Below are positions 1-10,126 of a stretch of 64,000 nt of DNA, one piece after another. Under the pieces are notes generated by a model, which was not told the DNA's origin, made no database searches, and saw only the letters and a list, made by a program, of their open reading frames with translations. The position numbers were made by a program, and so were the translations under genes. This DNA is from Candidatus Cloacimonadota bacterium. GTDB taxonomy: Bacteria > Cloacimonadota > Cloacimonadia > G963667145. Position 1 is the first letter of the stretch; each line of letters opens with the position of its first letter. The stretch spans positions 1,184,001 to 1,248,000 of the forward strand of contig OY781092.1 in NCBI GenBank assembly GCA_963676615.1, written 5' to 3'.

Positions 1-65
1 AACAAAAACAAACCAATCGGTAGGTTTTACATATAAAAAAGCCCTAATTCTTTCTAAATGAACAC

Positions 66-100
66 AAAAAAAAACGCCCCTTCAAAAAAAAAGAGGCGCT
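66..100 (-). terminator. Rho-independent terminator after the NifX-like gene
   Basis: Minus strand agcgcctc...ggggcgtt stem followed by a U-run. Confidence 0.55.
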
Positions 101-117
101 TAATTTTCTAGCCAAAC

Positions 118-489
118 CTAATCACAGCAGCCTTTGCTGCCTTTGCAAGAGCTCTCGGGGACAATCTCCGCCATTCCCACTTGGTTAAACTCCACAATAT
201 TCTCTGCCACAGTTCCCGCAACGCCTTTGTAAACCTTGATACCCACTGCGTTGAACTTCGTCACGGCGGCGGCTCCTATTGCACAAACCACCAGCGCATC
301 GATTTTTGTCTCCTGAAATGACGCCAGCGGGTCGCACTGCTCCCGCTCGTGCTCCAAATCTTTGTTCTCAAGCGCCACAAACTCCTTGCTACTATCGTCG
401 TAAACAATATAAAACGGCGCCGCACCAAAATGACTGCGCATCACGCTCTTTTCTGCGTTGCAGTTATCAACAGGGAAACAGATTTTCAT
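118..489 (-). CDS. NifB/NifX family (dinitrogenase FeMo-cofactor domain) protein
   Basis: MKICFPV...SHFGAAPFYIVYD...CAIGAAA...GIKVYK pattern typical of the family; Cys-rich C-terminus; GGAGG SD. Confidence 0.8.
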   Translation of the reverse strand: MKICFPVDNCNAEKSVMRSHFGAAPFYIVYDDSSKEFVALENKDLEHEREQCDPLASFQETKIDALVVCAIGAAAVTKFNAVGIKVYKGVAGTVAENIVEFNQVGMAEIVPESSCKGSKGCCD

Positions 490-637
490 ACTTCCTCCTT
501 GAAAATCACTCTAAATTCTATCGAAGCAAAAATTGCACCCACAAAAAATAAAGTCAAGAAAAAAAGATTATGCAACTGCTCAAAAACCACGGGAAATAAA
601 ACATTTTTTCCCCTTCTGAAAACAACAAAATTTTTCA

Positions 638-665
638 TTGACATTCATTACCACTTTTCTACAAT
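638..665 (+). promoter_or_regulatory. Sigma70-type promoter of the solute symporter
   Basis: TTGACA-16 nt-TACAAT upstream of an AGGAG SD and TTG start. Confidence 0.6.
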
Positions 666-702
666 TTGAGTGTTAATTTATTTATAAACAAAGGAGTTAG
701 TT

Positions 703-2181
703 TTGACCCCTGACACCATCATCTCTTTATCAATAGTTATTTTATTTCTCATCGGCATAATCTTTGTCGGCAAAATCGCATCGAAAAAAATCGACAGCAC
801 AGAAGACTACCTCGTGGCAAACCGCAAAGCTCCTTTGTATCTCATCATTGGCACACTTTTCGCTACTTTTTGGGGAGGAGGCACAATCATCGGCGCTGCT
901 GGATCGGCTTTTGAGGGAGGACTTTACAATGTAATAGGCGACCCTTTTGCCGCAGGTCTTTCTCTTGTGCTTATCGGGCTCTTTTTTGTAAAAACTATGC
1001 GAAACCTAAAAATTCGCTCCCTTGGAGAGTTATATAACTTCCGCTTCGGCAAAACAACGGGCTATTTCGCCTCTGCTGTTATGATTCCCACCTACATAAT
1101 TTGGACAAGCGTGCAACTACTGGCCATCGGCAAAATTTTAAATATCTTGCTGGGAATTAATTTTGCCACAGCTTTTTTAGTTGCCACTGCTGTCGTTGTT
1201 TGCTTCACCTACATGGGCGGCATCGTTGCCGTCATCTGGACAGACCTTATCCAAATGATTATTATCCTCATCGGTCTTGTTGTCATTGTTTTTGTCAGCA
1301 TTAACGCTATCGGAGGCATTGGCGAGCTAAACGCTCACACTCCTGAAAACTTTTGGCAATTTATTCCTCAAAAAAAAGGGATTATGCCTTGGATAACTTA
1401 TCTGGCGATGTGGGCAGGAATGGCTCTAGGCAACATACCAAGTCCAGATATCGCTCAACGAGCCTTTATCGCCAAAGACATTAAAACTGCAAAAAAAGGA
1501 ATGATAATAGCAGGTTTTCTCTATTGGACTATCGGGTTTGTCCCCATTCTGCTTGCACTTATTGCCATTATTTTCACATCTAAGGGTTTCATTTCGGAAG
1601 CGTTAATCGCAAAAGACAGCGAACTTCTAGTTCCAATTTTAGCACAAAAACTTTTTGGTCCAGTAGGTCTTGGAATATTCATTGCATCGCTGGTCGCTGC
1701 GATTTTATCCAGTGCCAGCACCTCTCTATTTGCTACAGCAGTGCTTTTTTCCAACGATATTTTCCGCCCTCTTTTCGAAAAAAAAATGACCAAAGAAAAA
1801 CTAGAAAAGAAAATGCTCGGAGCAACTAAACTTTTTGTTCTGATTGTCGGCATTTTAGCTGCAATTTTTGGACTTTCTTCCAACAGCATCTACGATTTAA
1901 CCATTTTTGCCTTCACCCTGCAGTTTGGTGCCCTCTTTTTCCCTTTTGTTTTTGCTCTTAAACTAAAATTTGTTACATCTCAAGGGATAATTGCTGGAAT
2001 GCTTACAGGCATCAGCATAAATTTAGTTGGCTCAATCATAGAAAAAAGTGTTATTCCTGAGCCTTGGGAGTTTTATACGCTCGTTCCAGCCATCGCGAAT
2101 ATGATAGTTATCCTCGTTGTTTCAATTTTCACCAAAAACAAAGGAAAAGGAAGACCATTATCTGAACTGTATTTTCCCTAA
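703..2181 (+). CDS. Sodium:solute symporter (SSS) family protein
   Basis: About 13 hydrophobic segments; DYLVANRKAP, YTxxGG-like FTYMGGIVAVIWTD and QRAFIAKD motifs. Confidence 0.9.
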   Translation: MTPDTIISLSIVILFLIGIIFVGKIASKKIDSTEDYLVANRKAPLYLIIGTLFATFWGGGTIIGAAGSAFEGGLYNVIGDPFAAGLSLVLIGLFFVKTMRNLKIRSLGELYNFRFGKTTGYFASAVMIPTYIIWTSVQLLAIGKILNILLGINFATAFLVATAVVVCFTYMGGIVAVIWTDLIQMIIILIGLVVIVFVSINAIGGIGELNAHTPENFWQFIPQKKGIMPWITYLAMWAGMALGNIPSPDIAQRAFIAKDIKTAKKGMIIAGFLYWTIGFVPILLALIAIIFTSKGFISEALIAKDSELLVPILAQKLFGPVGLGIFIASLVAAILSSASTSLFATAVLFSNDIFRPLFEKKMTKEKLEKKMLGATKLFVLIVGILAAIFGLSSNSIYDLTIFAFTLQFGALFFPFVFALKLKFVTSQGIIAGMLTGISINLVGSIIEKSVIPEPWEFYTLVPAIANMIVILVVSIFTKNKGKGRPLSELYFP

Positions 2182-2187
2182 TTAAAA

Positions 2188-2667
2188 TCACTTGAAGTCG
2201 CTTCTAACAGGCATCCAACTATCTATGTTATAAATAATTTTAGGAATTATAAAAAAATTAACCACTTTTACACCCTCTGTATTCACCAGTGTTTCATTGA
2301 TAAAATCATACATTTGGTTATTATCTAAAAACCGAGTCTCAATAGCAAGATTTGCTTCTCCCCAACCAGAAGCAATATAACAAACATTCGGGTTTTGCTT
2401 ACAAAATTCCACAAAATCGTCATAAACATCTTCCTCAACTTTAAGATTGATGTCGGCAATTGAATGGTAATCAAACATACTCGGCTCGACAATCGTAGCA
2501 ATCCGAATAGCCTTAGATTCAAGAAGCTTATTTATTCTGCGATTTACAGTTCGCTCATTTGCTCCTATATTTTGAGCAACCTTCGCCGCCGACGCTCTTG
2601 CATCACGAGAAAGTTCTTTTATAATCTTGTAATCCAATTTATCAAAAATCTTTTTCTTCTCAATCAT
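2188..2667 (-). CDS. Lrp/AsnC family transcriptional regulator
   Basis: DKLDYKIIKELSRDAR...TVNRRINKL N-terminal HTH plus RAM domain; ORF track starts at 2679 (TTG). Confidence 0.9.
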   Translation of the reverse strand: MIEKKKIFDKLDYKIIKELSRDARASAAKVAQNIGANERTVNRRINKLLESKAIRIATIVEPSMFDYHSIADINLKVEEDVYDDFVEFCKQNPNVCYIASGWGEANLAIETRFLDNNQMYDFINETLVNTEGVKVVNFFIIPKIIYNIDSWMPVRSDFK

Positions 2668-2772
2668 AATCAGTTCCAAATCAACAAAATATTTTGTAAT
2701 AAAAAGCAGACCTGCCGACTAAAAAATCAGAAAGCAAATCTGCTTTTCACCAGTATTTTGACTAAAAAAACA

Positions 2773-4128
2773 CTATTTTTTCATACTTCTTGCATACAAA
2801 TACATACCATACAATGTTGTCAAGATTGTTCCTATTATCAAAGTTAAGTGATACAGAGAATCGAAACCTTCTCCTGTATAAAACAGCAAAACTATTCCCA
2901 AAGCAATAAACAAAAAGCCTATTACTCCCGAAACAACGATTCCAAAATTACCGAATGGGATTTTATAAGGTCTTGGAACATCTATGTCTTTAAATCTCAA
3001 TTTTATAGCAGCTGGAAATAACCACAAATATGGCAAAAAGAAAACTAAAAAACTAAAAGAAAGAATTGTCCAAAAAGCCTCGTTTGCGCTGCCACTAAGC
3101 ACAAAATTCAAAATTATCAAAACCGTAGAAATCACTCCCATAAGAATATATGAATAGTCTGGCGTCCCATACTTTGAATGCCGATGTCCAAGCATTTTTG
3201 TTTTAGATGCAAACTCCGCCTCGTCCAACACCTCAACCCCGCCTAGAGTCCAAGAAATCATATTGGCAACTAAAGTAAAACAGGAAAGCAAAATTATCAG
3301 GTAAAATGCAGGCATTTGCAAAGGTCCCAGGACAGAGGTCAGCACCTTAATCGCCACAAAAAAACCGTCCAAAGGATCTATCGCCTCGGCCGGCAAAGCG
3401 ACTAAAACGCCAAAAGTTCCGATGATATACAATGTAGCGATGAGTAATCCTGCTAAAATTGTCATTTTGGGGATATTTGTTTTGGGATTGTCAACTTTTG
3501 ATGCTATTGAGCTAATAAGCTCAAAACCCAGCAAATTATAAACAATTGCGGAACTGTAAGAGATTGTATTAAAGTCGATAGAAAGCTTAAAATTGCTCAA
3601 AGCAAACGAATTAGCTGCCCCAAATTTAAACAGGTAAATAACTCCAAGCAAACCAAAGATTAACAACACAGAAACTTTGGTAATTGCCGCAATATTAGTT
3701 ACGGTGATGCTAAGATCTACGCCTCTTATTCCGATAAAAACCACCAACCAGCACATCGCAATGGAGATTAGAGCTTGCCACCAAAGGCTTATCTCGGGAG
3801 CGCACGCCATTGTAAACCAAGTTGTAAAAGCGATAAAAACTGCAGGCATCCAAAAAGCAACATTCACCCAATAAAACCACGCGACCAAACTTGCCTGAAA
3901 ATCTCCAAAAGCCCTTTTCACCCAAGCATAAATTCCGCCATCATCTGGATAAGCAGCTCCCAACTCTGCGTTTATAAGCCCATAAGGAACAAAAAATAGT
4001 ATTGCCGTCAAAAGCCAAACCGTAATCGAAGAGACTCCCATAGCAGCTGGAGCCACAAAAGTATCCAAAACGACAATTCCACAAACAGTAAAGGAAATCA
4101 TCTTAAATAAGCTAACCTTCTTTTCCAT
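2773..4128 (-). CDS. aguD: APC family permease, probable agmatine:putrescine antiporter
   Basis: 12-TM APC pattern (LINAELGAAYPDDGGIYAWVKRAFG; RPYKIP); adjacent to aguA. Confidence 0.8.
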   Translation of the reverse strand: MEKKVSLFKMISFTVCGIVVLDTFVAPAAMGVSSITVWLLTAILFFVPYGLINAELGAAYPDDGGIYAWVKRAFGDFQASLVAWFYWVNVAFWMPAVFIAFTTWFTMACAPEISLWWQALISIAMCWLVVFIGIRGVDLSITVTNIAAITKVSVLLIFGLLGVIYLFKFGAANSFALSNFKLSIDFNTISYSSAIVYNLLGFELISSIASKVDNPKTNIPKMTILAGLLIATLYIIGTFGVLVALPAEAIDPLDGFFVAIKVLTSVLGPLQMPAFYLIILLSCFTLVANMISWTLGGVEVLDEAEFASKTKMLGHRHSKYGTPDYSYILMGVISTVLIILNFVLSGSANEAFWTILSFSFLVFFLPYLWLFPAAIKLRFKDIDVPRPYKIPFGNFGIVVSGVIGFLFIALGIVLLFYTGEGFDSLYHLTLIIGTILTTLYGMYLYARSMKK

Positions 4129-4143
4129 TTTTACCTCCGTAAT

Positions 4144-5241
4144 TTATTTGGGTTGCTGCTGAGTAATGCAGTGAATATTACCGCCACCCAACAATATCTC
4201 GCGAGCGTAAATGCCCACTATTTCTCTTTCTGGAAAAACTTTTTGCAAAGTATCTCTCGCCATTTTGTCATAAACTGGATCGTCAAAAATCGGCAAAATC
4301 ACAGCATTATTTGCAATATAAAAATTAGCGTAAGAAGCTGCTTGACGATCTCCTTCTTCCCTTGGTAAAGTTCCAGCAACGCTATCCACCCCTTGGCTTT
4401 CCTCTTTGGTAATCTCAATAGGAGATGGCGTATGCAATTTAAAAATCTCCAGCTTGCGCCCTTTGGCGTCGGTCTCTTTGCTAAGAATATCATAAGCAGC
4501 CTTGGACATTGCATACTGCGGATCTTTTTCGTCATCAGTCCACGCCAAAACAATTTTCCCCGGTGCACAATAGTGCAAAATATTATCCACATGCTCATTG
4601 GTTTCATCCAAATAAATGCCTTGCGGTATCCAAATTATTTTTTCTATATTCAAATACTCTTTAAGCGTCTCTTCGATCTGCTTTTTGCTCAAAGAAGAAT
4701 TGCGCCCCTCACTGAGAAGACAGGCTTCAGTTGTTATCAGAGTCCCTTCTCCATCCACATGAATGGAGCCCCCCTCCAAAACAAAGCTTTCCAAAGAGTA
4801 ATAATCTTTCCGCTCTATCTCACAAACTTTTTGCGCAACTTGGTCATCTTTGTCCCACGGAAAATAAAGTCCATCTACCAAACCTCCCCAAGCGTTAAAT
4901 CTCCAGTCAATTCCTCGAACTTCTCCGTTACCATTTACAACAAAAGTTGGTCCGCAATCTCGCATCCAAGAATCATCATTTGACATCTCTACAACCCTAA
5001 CACTTGATCCCAAAACTTGCCTTGCTGCCCGATACTGCGCCGCCGAAACACACATCGTTACAGGCTCAAACTGCGCTATAGCCTCTGCCACTATCTTAAA
5101 AGCCTTTTGAGCAGGCTTAGCCCCTAATCTCCAATTGTCTGTTCTCTCTGGCCAGATCATCCAACATCCTGCGTGTGGCTCAAACTCTCCTGGCATTCTA
5201 AATCCGTCTTTTCTAGGCGTAGAATCTATCCGCTTTGACAT
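4144..5241 (-). CDS. aguA: Agmatine deiminase
   Basis: [30 protein letters not shown], catalytic [13 protein letters not shown]. Confidence 0.97.
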   Translation of the reverse strand: MSKRIDSTPRKDGFRMPGEFEPHAGCWMIWPERTDNWRLGAKPAQKAFKIVAEAIAQFEPVTMCVSAAQYRAARQVLGSSVRVVEMSNDDSWMRDCGPTFVVNGNGEVRGIDWRFNAWGGLVDGLYFPWDKDDQVAQKVCEIERKDYYSLESFVLEGGSIHVDGEGTLITTEACLLSEGRNSSLSKKQIEETLKEYLNIEKIIWIPQGIYLDETNEHVDNILHYCAPGKIVLAWTDDEKDPQYAMSKAAYDILSKETDAKGRKLEIFKLHTPSPIEITKEESQGVDSVAGTLPREEGDRQAASYANFYIANNAVILPIFDDPVYDKMARDTLQKVFPEREIVGIYAREILLGGGNIHCITQQQPK

Positions 5242-5253
5242 AGCTTCACTCCC

Positions 5254-6303
5254 TTATTCTAAATTTTTCAAAAAAACTTCTATCTTTCTCTCGTGATTTT
5301 TTTTCGTTCCCTCCGAAGGGTTTTTCGCAAACTTATGCGTAAAATAAACCAAAATTGCCATCTGAGCCGTAAGCCTATTTTCTGCCTCATCAAAAGCTAC
5401 ACAATACTCTCCTTCCAAGGCCTCTCTTGTAATTTCTTCCTTATCGTTAGCAGGCAAACAATGCAAAAGCAAAGCCCCAGAAGCTGCTTTTTTCATCAAA
5501 CTATCTGTAATGACATAATCCGGCATAAAAGCTGCAAGTCGCTCCTCTTTTTCATCCAATTGAGTCGTCCAATAAAAACTGTCACCATACACCACATTAC
5601 ACTCAGCTATTTTCCCCACATCATCTGTTACCTCATACGAAGCTCCCGTCTCCGCACAGTTTTTATCAGCTAAAATCAACCACTCTTTTTGCATCTGATA
5701 TTTTTTCGGACCTATCTGTTTAAAATTCATCCCATACTTAGTGCAGGTGAGCAAAAGCGACCGACAAACATCCGTCGCATCACCCATAAAAGCCAAAGTT
5801 ACATCAGACAAACTCATCCCTTTAGGCAAATGCTCTTGAATAGTAAAAATATCCGCCAGCATCTGCGTTGGATGATACACACAATCTAGCCCATTGATTA
5901 CAGGAACCGTCGCATATTTTGCCAGAGCCGCTGTTGTTTCTCCGCTATTGGTGCGCGCCATAATAATATCACACATTCTGGACAAAACTCTTGCCGTATC
6001 CTCAATCGACTCCTTTCCTCCAAGATGAATATCTTTTGGCGAAAGAAAAAGAGCGTGGCCTCCCAAAAGCTCTGCTGCCACTTCAAAAGAAACTCTTGTC
6101 CGTGTCGAACCAGCCTCAAAAATCATTGCCAAAGACTTGTTCTTAAAAAGCTGAGGGACAAATCCGTCCCGACGAGCATTTTTCAAAAGCGTCATCAGCT
6201 CCAACATATCGTCGATTTCTTTTCTCGAAAAATCGTTCATTGTAATCATATGCTTCAGACCTTTTTTATTAAGATCGGTAGCACTAGAAGATGGAAGTTT
6301 CAT
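5254..6303 (-). CDS. ptcA: Putrescine carbamoyltransferase
   Basis: STRTR, HPTQ and HCLP carbamoyltransferase motifs; next to aguA; AGGAG SD before ATG 6303. Confidence 0.88.
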   Translation of the reverse strand: MKLPSSSATDLNKKGLKHMITMNDFSRKEIDDMLELMTLLKNARRDGFVPQLFKNKSLAMIFEAGSTRTRVSFEVAAELLGGHALFLSPKDIHLGGKESIEDTARVLSRMCDIIMARTNSGETTAALAKYATVPVINGLDCVYHPTQMLADIFTIQEHLPKGMSLSDVTLAFMGDATDVCRSLLLTCTKYGMNFKQIGPKKYQMQKEWLILADKNCAETGASYEVTDDVGKIAECNVVYGDSFYWTTQLDEKEERLAAFMPDYVITDSLMKKAASGALLLHCLPANDKEEITREALEGEYCVAFDEAENRLTAQMAILVYFTHKFAKNPSEGTKKNHERKIEVFLKNLE

Positions 6304-6337
6304 TTTTTTCTCCTTTTTTCTTTCATTATTGTCCAAT

Positions 6338-6364
6338 TAGACAAAACTTTCGGCAAACTGTCAA
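6338..6364 (-). promoter_or_regulatory. Putative promoter of the ptcA-aguA-aguD operon
   Basis: TTGACA-17 nt-TCTAAT on the minus strand; coordinates approximate. Confidence 0.45.
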
Positions 6365-6441
6365 ATACTTTTTGTCTTTTACAGTCTTCTCTGTGTCTGA
6401 TTAAGCCAAAAGCACAAAAAGATAAATTCCGAAAAAACTCC

Positions 6442-8361
6442 CTACGGCATCGCAGTTTGCCCGTAACGCTCTTCGGCTGCTTTGAGGATCATCTCCAGCA
6501 TCTGTTTATAGCTAATCCCTGCGAACTTGCTCATTTTGGCAAGGTGACCATCCCAGCACCAACCTGGGTTTGGGTTCGCTTCCAAAAGTTTTGGCTGACC
6601 ATCGGCGTTCAGCCGCCAATCAAAGCGGCAATAATCGCGGCACCCCAAGCGCCGAAAAAGCTTTAAACTATCCCGAATAAGCTGCTGCTCGGTCTCCAAA
6701 TCCAAACACGCCCTAATCGAGCGCAAACTTTTCATATACGGCGAATCTTCCAGCCATTTCGCCTCATAGCCGCAAATTCTCGGCAGCCCCTTGGGCAAAA
6801 GCGAATAATCCTCCTCAATTATCGGCAAAACCGTATTGTTATCCGCATTTCCGATAATCCCCACAGTCACCTCCGCTCCCGTCAAAAACTCCTCGACCAA
6901 AATCGGATTTTCGTAATTAAACTGCTCTTTAATCCGCAAAATCGCGTTCACCAACTCCTCAACATTGTTCGCCACATTTTTTTGGGTAATGCCGTAGCTC
7001 GAATCGCCAAAATTCGGCTTGGCAATCACAGGAAACGAAATATTCAGCTCATACAAATTGTCCTGAGCGGTGATCATAAAAGCGTCAGCCACTGGCACAT
7101 CTATCTCGCTGGCGATGCCACGAATCAGCGATTTATCATAACAATACGCAAGCGTCTGCGGATTTGAGCCAGTGTAGGCAAGCCCCAGCATCTCCAAAAG
7201 CGATGGAATATGCAGCTCCTTTTTGGCGTCGTTTCCAAACCCCTCATCGCAAAGATTCAGCACCAAATCGACATTCCCCTTCATCCGCGCGCAATCGGCA
7301 ATGAGCGAACTGTGATTATTAAAATAGATGAAATTGTATCCCGCAATCTCGCCGAGCGCTTTTTTCAGCTGCTCTATCGTGTAAAAATCGTCCGTATCAA
7401 ACCTAGCGTCTGGTTTGACCACATCACAAAGATTCGGATCGCCCAAAATCACCATCACATTTTTGGTATCCTGAACGGCGCTCTTCGGCGTCCACTGCTT
7501 ATCGGCGGTCGCTATCAACACAATTCTGTTGGACATCATCCCCAAATCTTGATTACTGCCTTGCTCCAGCTCCAAATTATCGTAAAAAATGCTCTGCGAA
7601 AAACCGACTTCGCTCATCAAATCCAAAAGCGATTGCTTATCATAAAGCCGCTCAGCATAGAACTGATCGACCACCACGCCTTTCTGCGTGTGCGTCACCA
7701 CCTCTCTAGAAATAAGGCGCATCTTATCCGCCGCTAGCGATCTCTCTCGGCAAACAAAATATTTTTTATCGATCCATTCCCAACTGCGCGGCGCAAAATT
7801 TTCCCGCAAAAATCGCCCATCGGCAACATCCATCAGCAGCTTTCCGCCTGGCTTCAGAACCCGAAAAATCTCCTTGAGCACCTTGATATCGTCCTCGCTG
7901 GTCTCGAAATAACCAAAACTATTGCCCAAAATCGTCACCACATCGAAACTATCGGCGACATACGGCAACTTGCGGGCGTCGCCCTCTCGAAAATCGATAG
8001 CCAGCTTTTTCCTCTTGCAAATCGTCTTCGCCCGCTGAATCAAATATCGGGAGCGATCCAAACCCGACAAGCGATAAGCAGCCTCGCTCTTGCCCAGCTC
8101 CATCAGGTGCCGACCTTGCCCACAAGCCAAATCCAAAATCGCGTCGCCAGACTTTAGCCCCAAAATTTTCGTAAACAACGCCATCTCACGCTCAGTAATC
8201 TGCTGATTATCCAGCACATCGGCATCAGTTTTTAGGTAAATAGAATTAAAAAGCCGCTTCCACCAATCAGAACGCAAATACTGCTCCAAATCGTCAACTG
8301 GCCCCACGGTCTTGCCAACACCAAAAAGCTTCTTATTTTTTTCCTGTTTTCTCTTCTTCAT
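6442..8361 (-). CDS. Class I SAM methyltransferase fused to a D-Ala-D-Ala-ligase-like ATP-grasp domain
   Basis: N-half ILDLACGQGRH and LGNSFGYF; C-half YTGS...YDK, FPVIAKP...SSYGI, LVEEFL, RFDWR, LLEANPNPG; ORF track starts at 8397. Confidence 0.85.
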   Translation of the reverse strand: MKKRKQEKNKKLFGVGKTVGPVDDLEQYLRSDWWKRLFNSIYLKTDADVLDNQQITEREMALFTKILGLKSGDAILDLACGQGRHLMELGKSEAAYRLSGLDRSRYLIQRAKTICKRKKLAIDFREGDARKLPYVADSFDVVTILGNSFGYFETSEDDIKVLKEIFRVLKPGGKLLMDVADGRFLRENFAPRSWEWIDKKYFVCRERSLAADKMRLISREVVTHTQKGVVVDQFYAERLYDKQSLLDLMSEVGFSQSIFYDNLELEQGSNQDLGMMSNRIVLIATADKQWTPKSAVQDTKNVMVILGDPNLCDVVKPDARFDTDDFYTIEQLKKALGEIAGYNFIYFNNHSSLIADCARMKGNVDLVLNLCDEGFGNDAKKELHIPSLLEMLGLAYTGSNPQTLAYCYDKSLIRGIASEIDVPVADAFMITAQDNLYELNISFPVIAKPNFGDSSYGITQKNVANNVEELVNAILRIKEQFNYENPILVEEFLTGAEVTVGIIGNADNNTVLPIIEEDYSLLPKGLPRICGYEAKWLEDSPYMKSLRSIRACLDLETEQQLIRDSLKLFRRLGCRDYCRFDWRLNADGQPKLLEANPNPGWCWDGHLAKMSKFAGISYKQMLEMILKAAEERYGQTAMP

Positions 8362-8614
8362 TTTCTTCAATCCTCGATAATTATTAGATTTCATCACTCT
8401 TGAAAAAATTAAGAAAGCCCCAAAAGCAGTGCAAATTTTTCCGCAATGATAAATTCAGAAAACGATGAATTGTAGGAACTGAAGTTTAGTTGTCAACTCT
8501 AAAAGAAACAAATTTAAAACGGGAAAAAAAGATTTTCTCCCGTCATACAAAAAAAGCGACTAACGCCGCTAAAACCTTGCAAATCAAGAAATTGCAAGAA
8601 AAAATCATCGCCAG

Positions 8615-9670
8615 CTACTCCCGCACGAAATCCAAAACCGTAATCTCGTTGCGAGTCCCCAGCCGCATCGGCGGACCCCAAGTGCCCGTGCCTTGCGAGA
8701 CATAAACCTTCGTCTTGCCCGCAGAATACAGCCCCTTGACATACTTATACACCAGCCGCACCAGCAATCCAAACGGAAAAATCTGCCCAGCGTGCGTATG
8801 CCCCGACAAAACCAAATCGAACCCTTTTCGCTGCAAATCGTCGACAAATTTCGGCTCATGCAACAAAAAAATATTGTACTTCGAGCTATCCAAATTCATT
8901 TTCGCAAAAAACGGCGACGCCACAAAACCCGCAGCAGAGCTATAATCTGCGCCACTTATCGCAATCTCCCCGAGCGAAAAACTCCGCGCTGGCTCGACAA
9001 GCTGAATTTTGCTCGCCTCAAGCATCTTGCGAATTTCGCTTCCCCCATTCACATAAAACTCGTGATTTCCCAGCACCAAAAACACTGGCATCGGTAAATT
9101 CTCGAACGGCAAAAGCAAATCTTTGGGAACTTTATTCTCCAAAAAATCGCCAGAAATCAAAACGAAATCGGGATTTTGCGCAACGATTTTGTTCGCCAAT
9201 TTTTGCGAATAACTTTTAGAATAAAACCTGCCGATGTGTGTGTCCGCCAGCAAAACCGCTCGATAATCTCGACTAATTTTGCTCGTCTTCAGCTCGACAT
9301 TCTGCACTTTCAGCAAAAAAATTCCGTTCACAAGGGCGTAGCAGACCAAAACCAAAATCAAACCAAACGACGAAAAAGCGATTACTCTTTGCGAAAACGG
9401 CAAAAATTTGTGCAAAATCTGCTCCAGCAACAAAACGCAAAACGCAATAAAAGAGGCGCCAACCCAAATTGCCGCGAAGTAATGGCAAAATCGGCACGAG
9501 TGGCTGTGCCAAATCACGAAAACGAACGAAAAAATTCCCAGCAAAATTCCGATCAACTTAAACTTTACGCCAAAATTGAGCGAAAAAAGCGTGTTAACTC
9601 TGCAAAAAATGTAGTAGTTAAACGCCAAATACGACAACGGAATGAGTAAAAAAGGGACGAATTTTAACAT
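8615..9670 (-). CDS. Membrane-anchored metallophosphoesterase (YkuE/YaeI-like)
   Basis: N-terminal TM helices; DTH, GD, GNHE, HEP and SGHTHAGQ motifs; GPPMRLG. Confidence 0.9.
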   Translation of the reverse strand: MLKFVPFLLIPLSYLAFNYYIFCRVNTLFSLNFGVKFKLIGILLGIFSFVFVIWHSHSCRFCHYFAAIWVGASFIAFCVLLLEQILHKFLPFSQRVIAFSSFGLILVLVCYALVNGIFLLKVQNVELKTSKISRDYRAVLLADTHIGRFYSKSYSQKLANKIVAQNPDFVLISGDFLENKVPKDLLLPFENLPMPVFLVLGNHEFYVNGGSEIRKMLEASKIQLVEPARSFSLGEIAISGADYSSAAGFVASPFFAKMNLDSSKYNIFLLHEPKFVDDLQRKGFDLVLSGHTHAGQIFPFGLLVRLVYKYVKGLYSAGKTKVYVSQGTGTWGPPMRLGTRNEITVLDFVRE

Positions 9671-9781
9671 TGGGGGCTACATTTATAATAATAATAATAA
9701 AATCAAGAATAAATTTGAAAAACAAAATATTTTTTATAACACAAATAAATCAATCTAAACAATTATCATTTTCTTCTGTAT

Positions 9782-10114
9782 TTAGTGTAAACATACTGAA
9801 TTAGCCACTAAATTTTTATTAATCCCTATTTCTACTTTAAGTTCAATTTTTTTCCTATGTAAATACGATAACTCTACTAATTTAAGACACTCTTTTTTTA
9901 TAACTATAGTTTTGGTCTGAATAAAAATTTTCATTTCTTTTATTTCTTCTTTTTTTTCTATTTTTTCTATTTCTTCTTTCTCACTCCAATAGCAATTGTA
10001 TAAAGGCCTGTCCTTTTTTTTTAGAAAATATCCCTCATCTCCCTTGACTTCCACCTCAAAACCATTTCCAGTTGCAATAATTTTTTCTACACAACAAAGT
10101 ATTTTATATTTCAT
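9782..10114 (-). CDS. Hypothetical protein (AT-rich, co-oriented with the FRG gene)
   Basis: 110-aa ORF with GGAGG SD, 12 bp downstream of the FRG gene. Confidence 0.7.
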   Translation of the reverse strand: MKYKILCCVEKIIATGNGFEVEVKGDEGYFLKKKDRPLYNCYWSEKEEIEKIEKKEEIKEMKIFIQTKTIVIKKECLKLVELSYLHRKKIELKVEIGINKNLVANSVCLH

Positions 10115-10126
10115 CTCAATTCCTCC

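Noticed and set aside
10..27. Imperfect palindrome aaaccaatcggtaggttt, TetR-operator-like
   Set aside because: At the window edge with no visible target or regulator; cannot be supported.
118..489. Nitrogen fixation inferred from the NifX-like gene
   Set aside because: The family is widespread in non-diazotrophic anaerobes and there are no nifHDK genes here.
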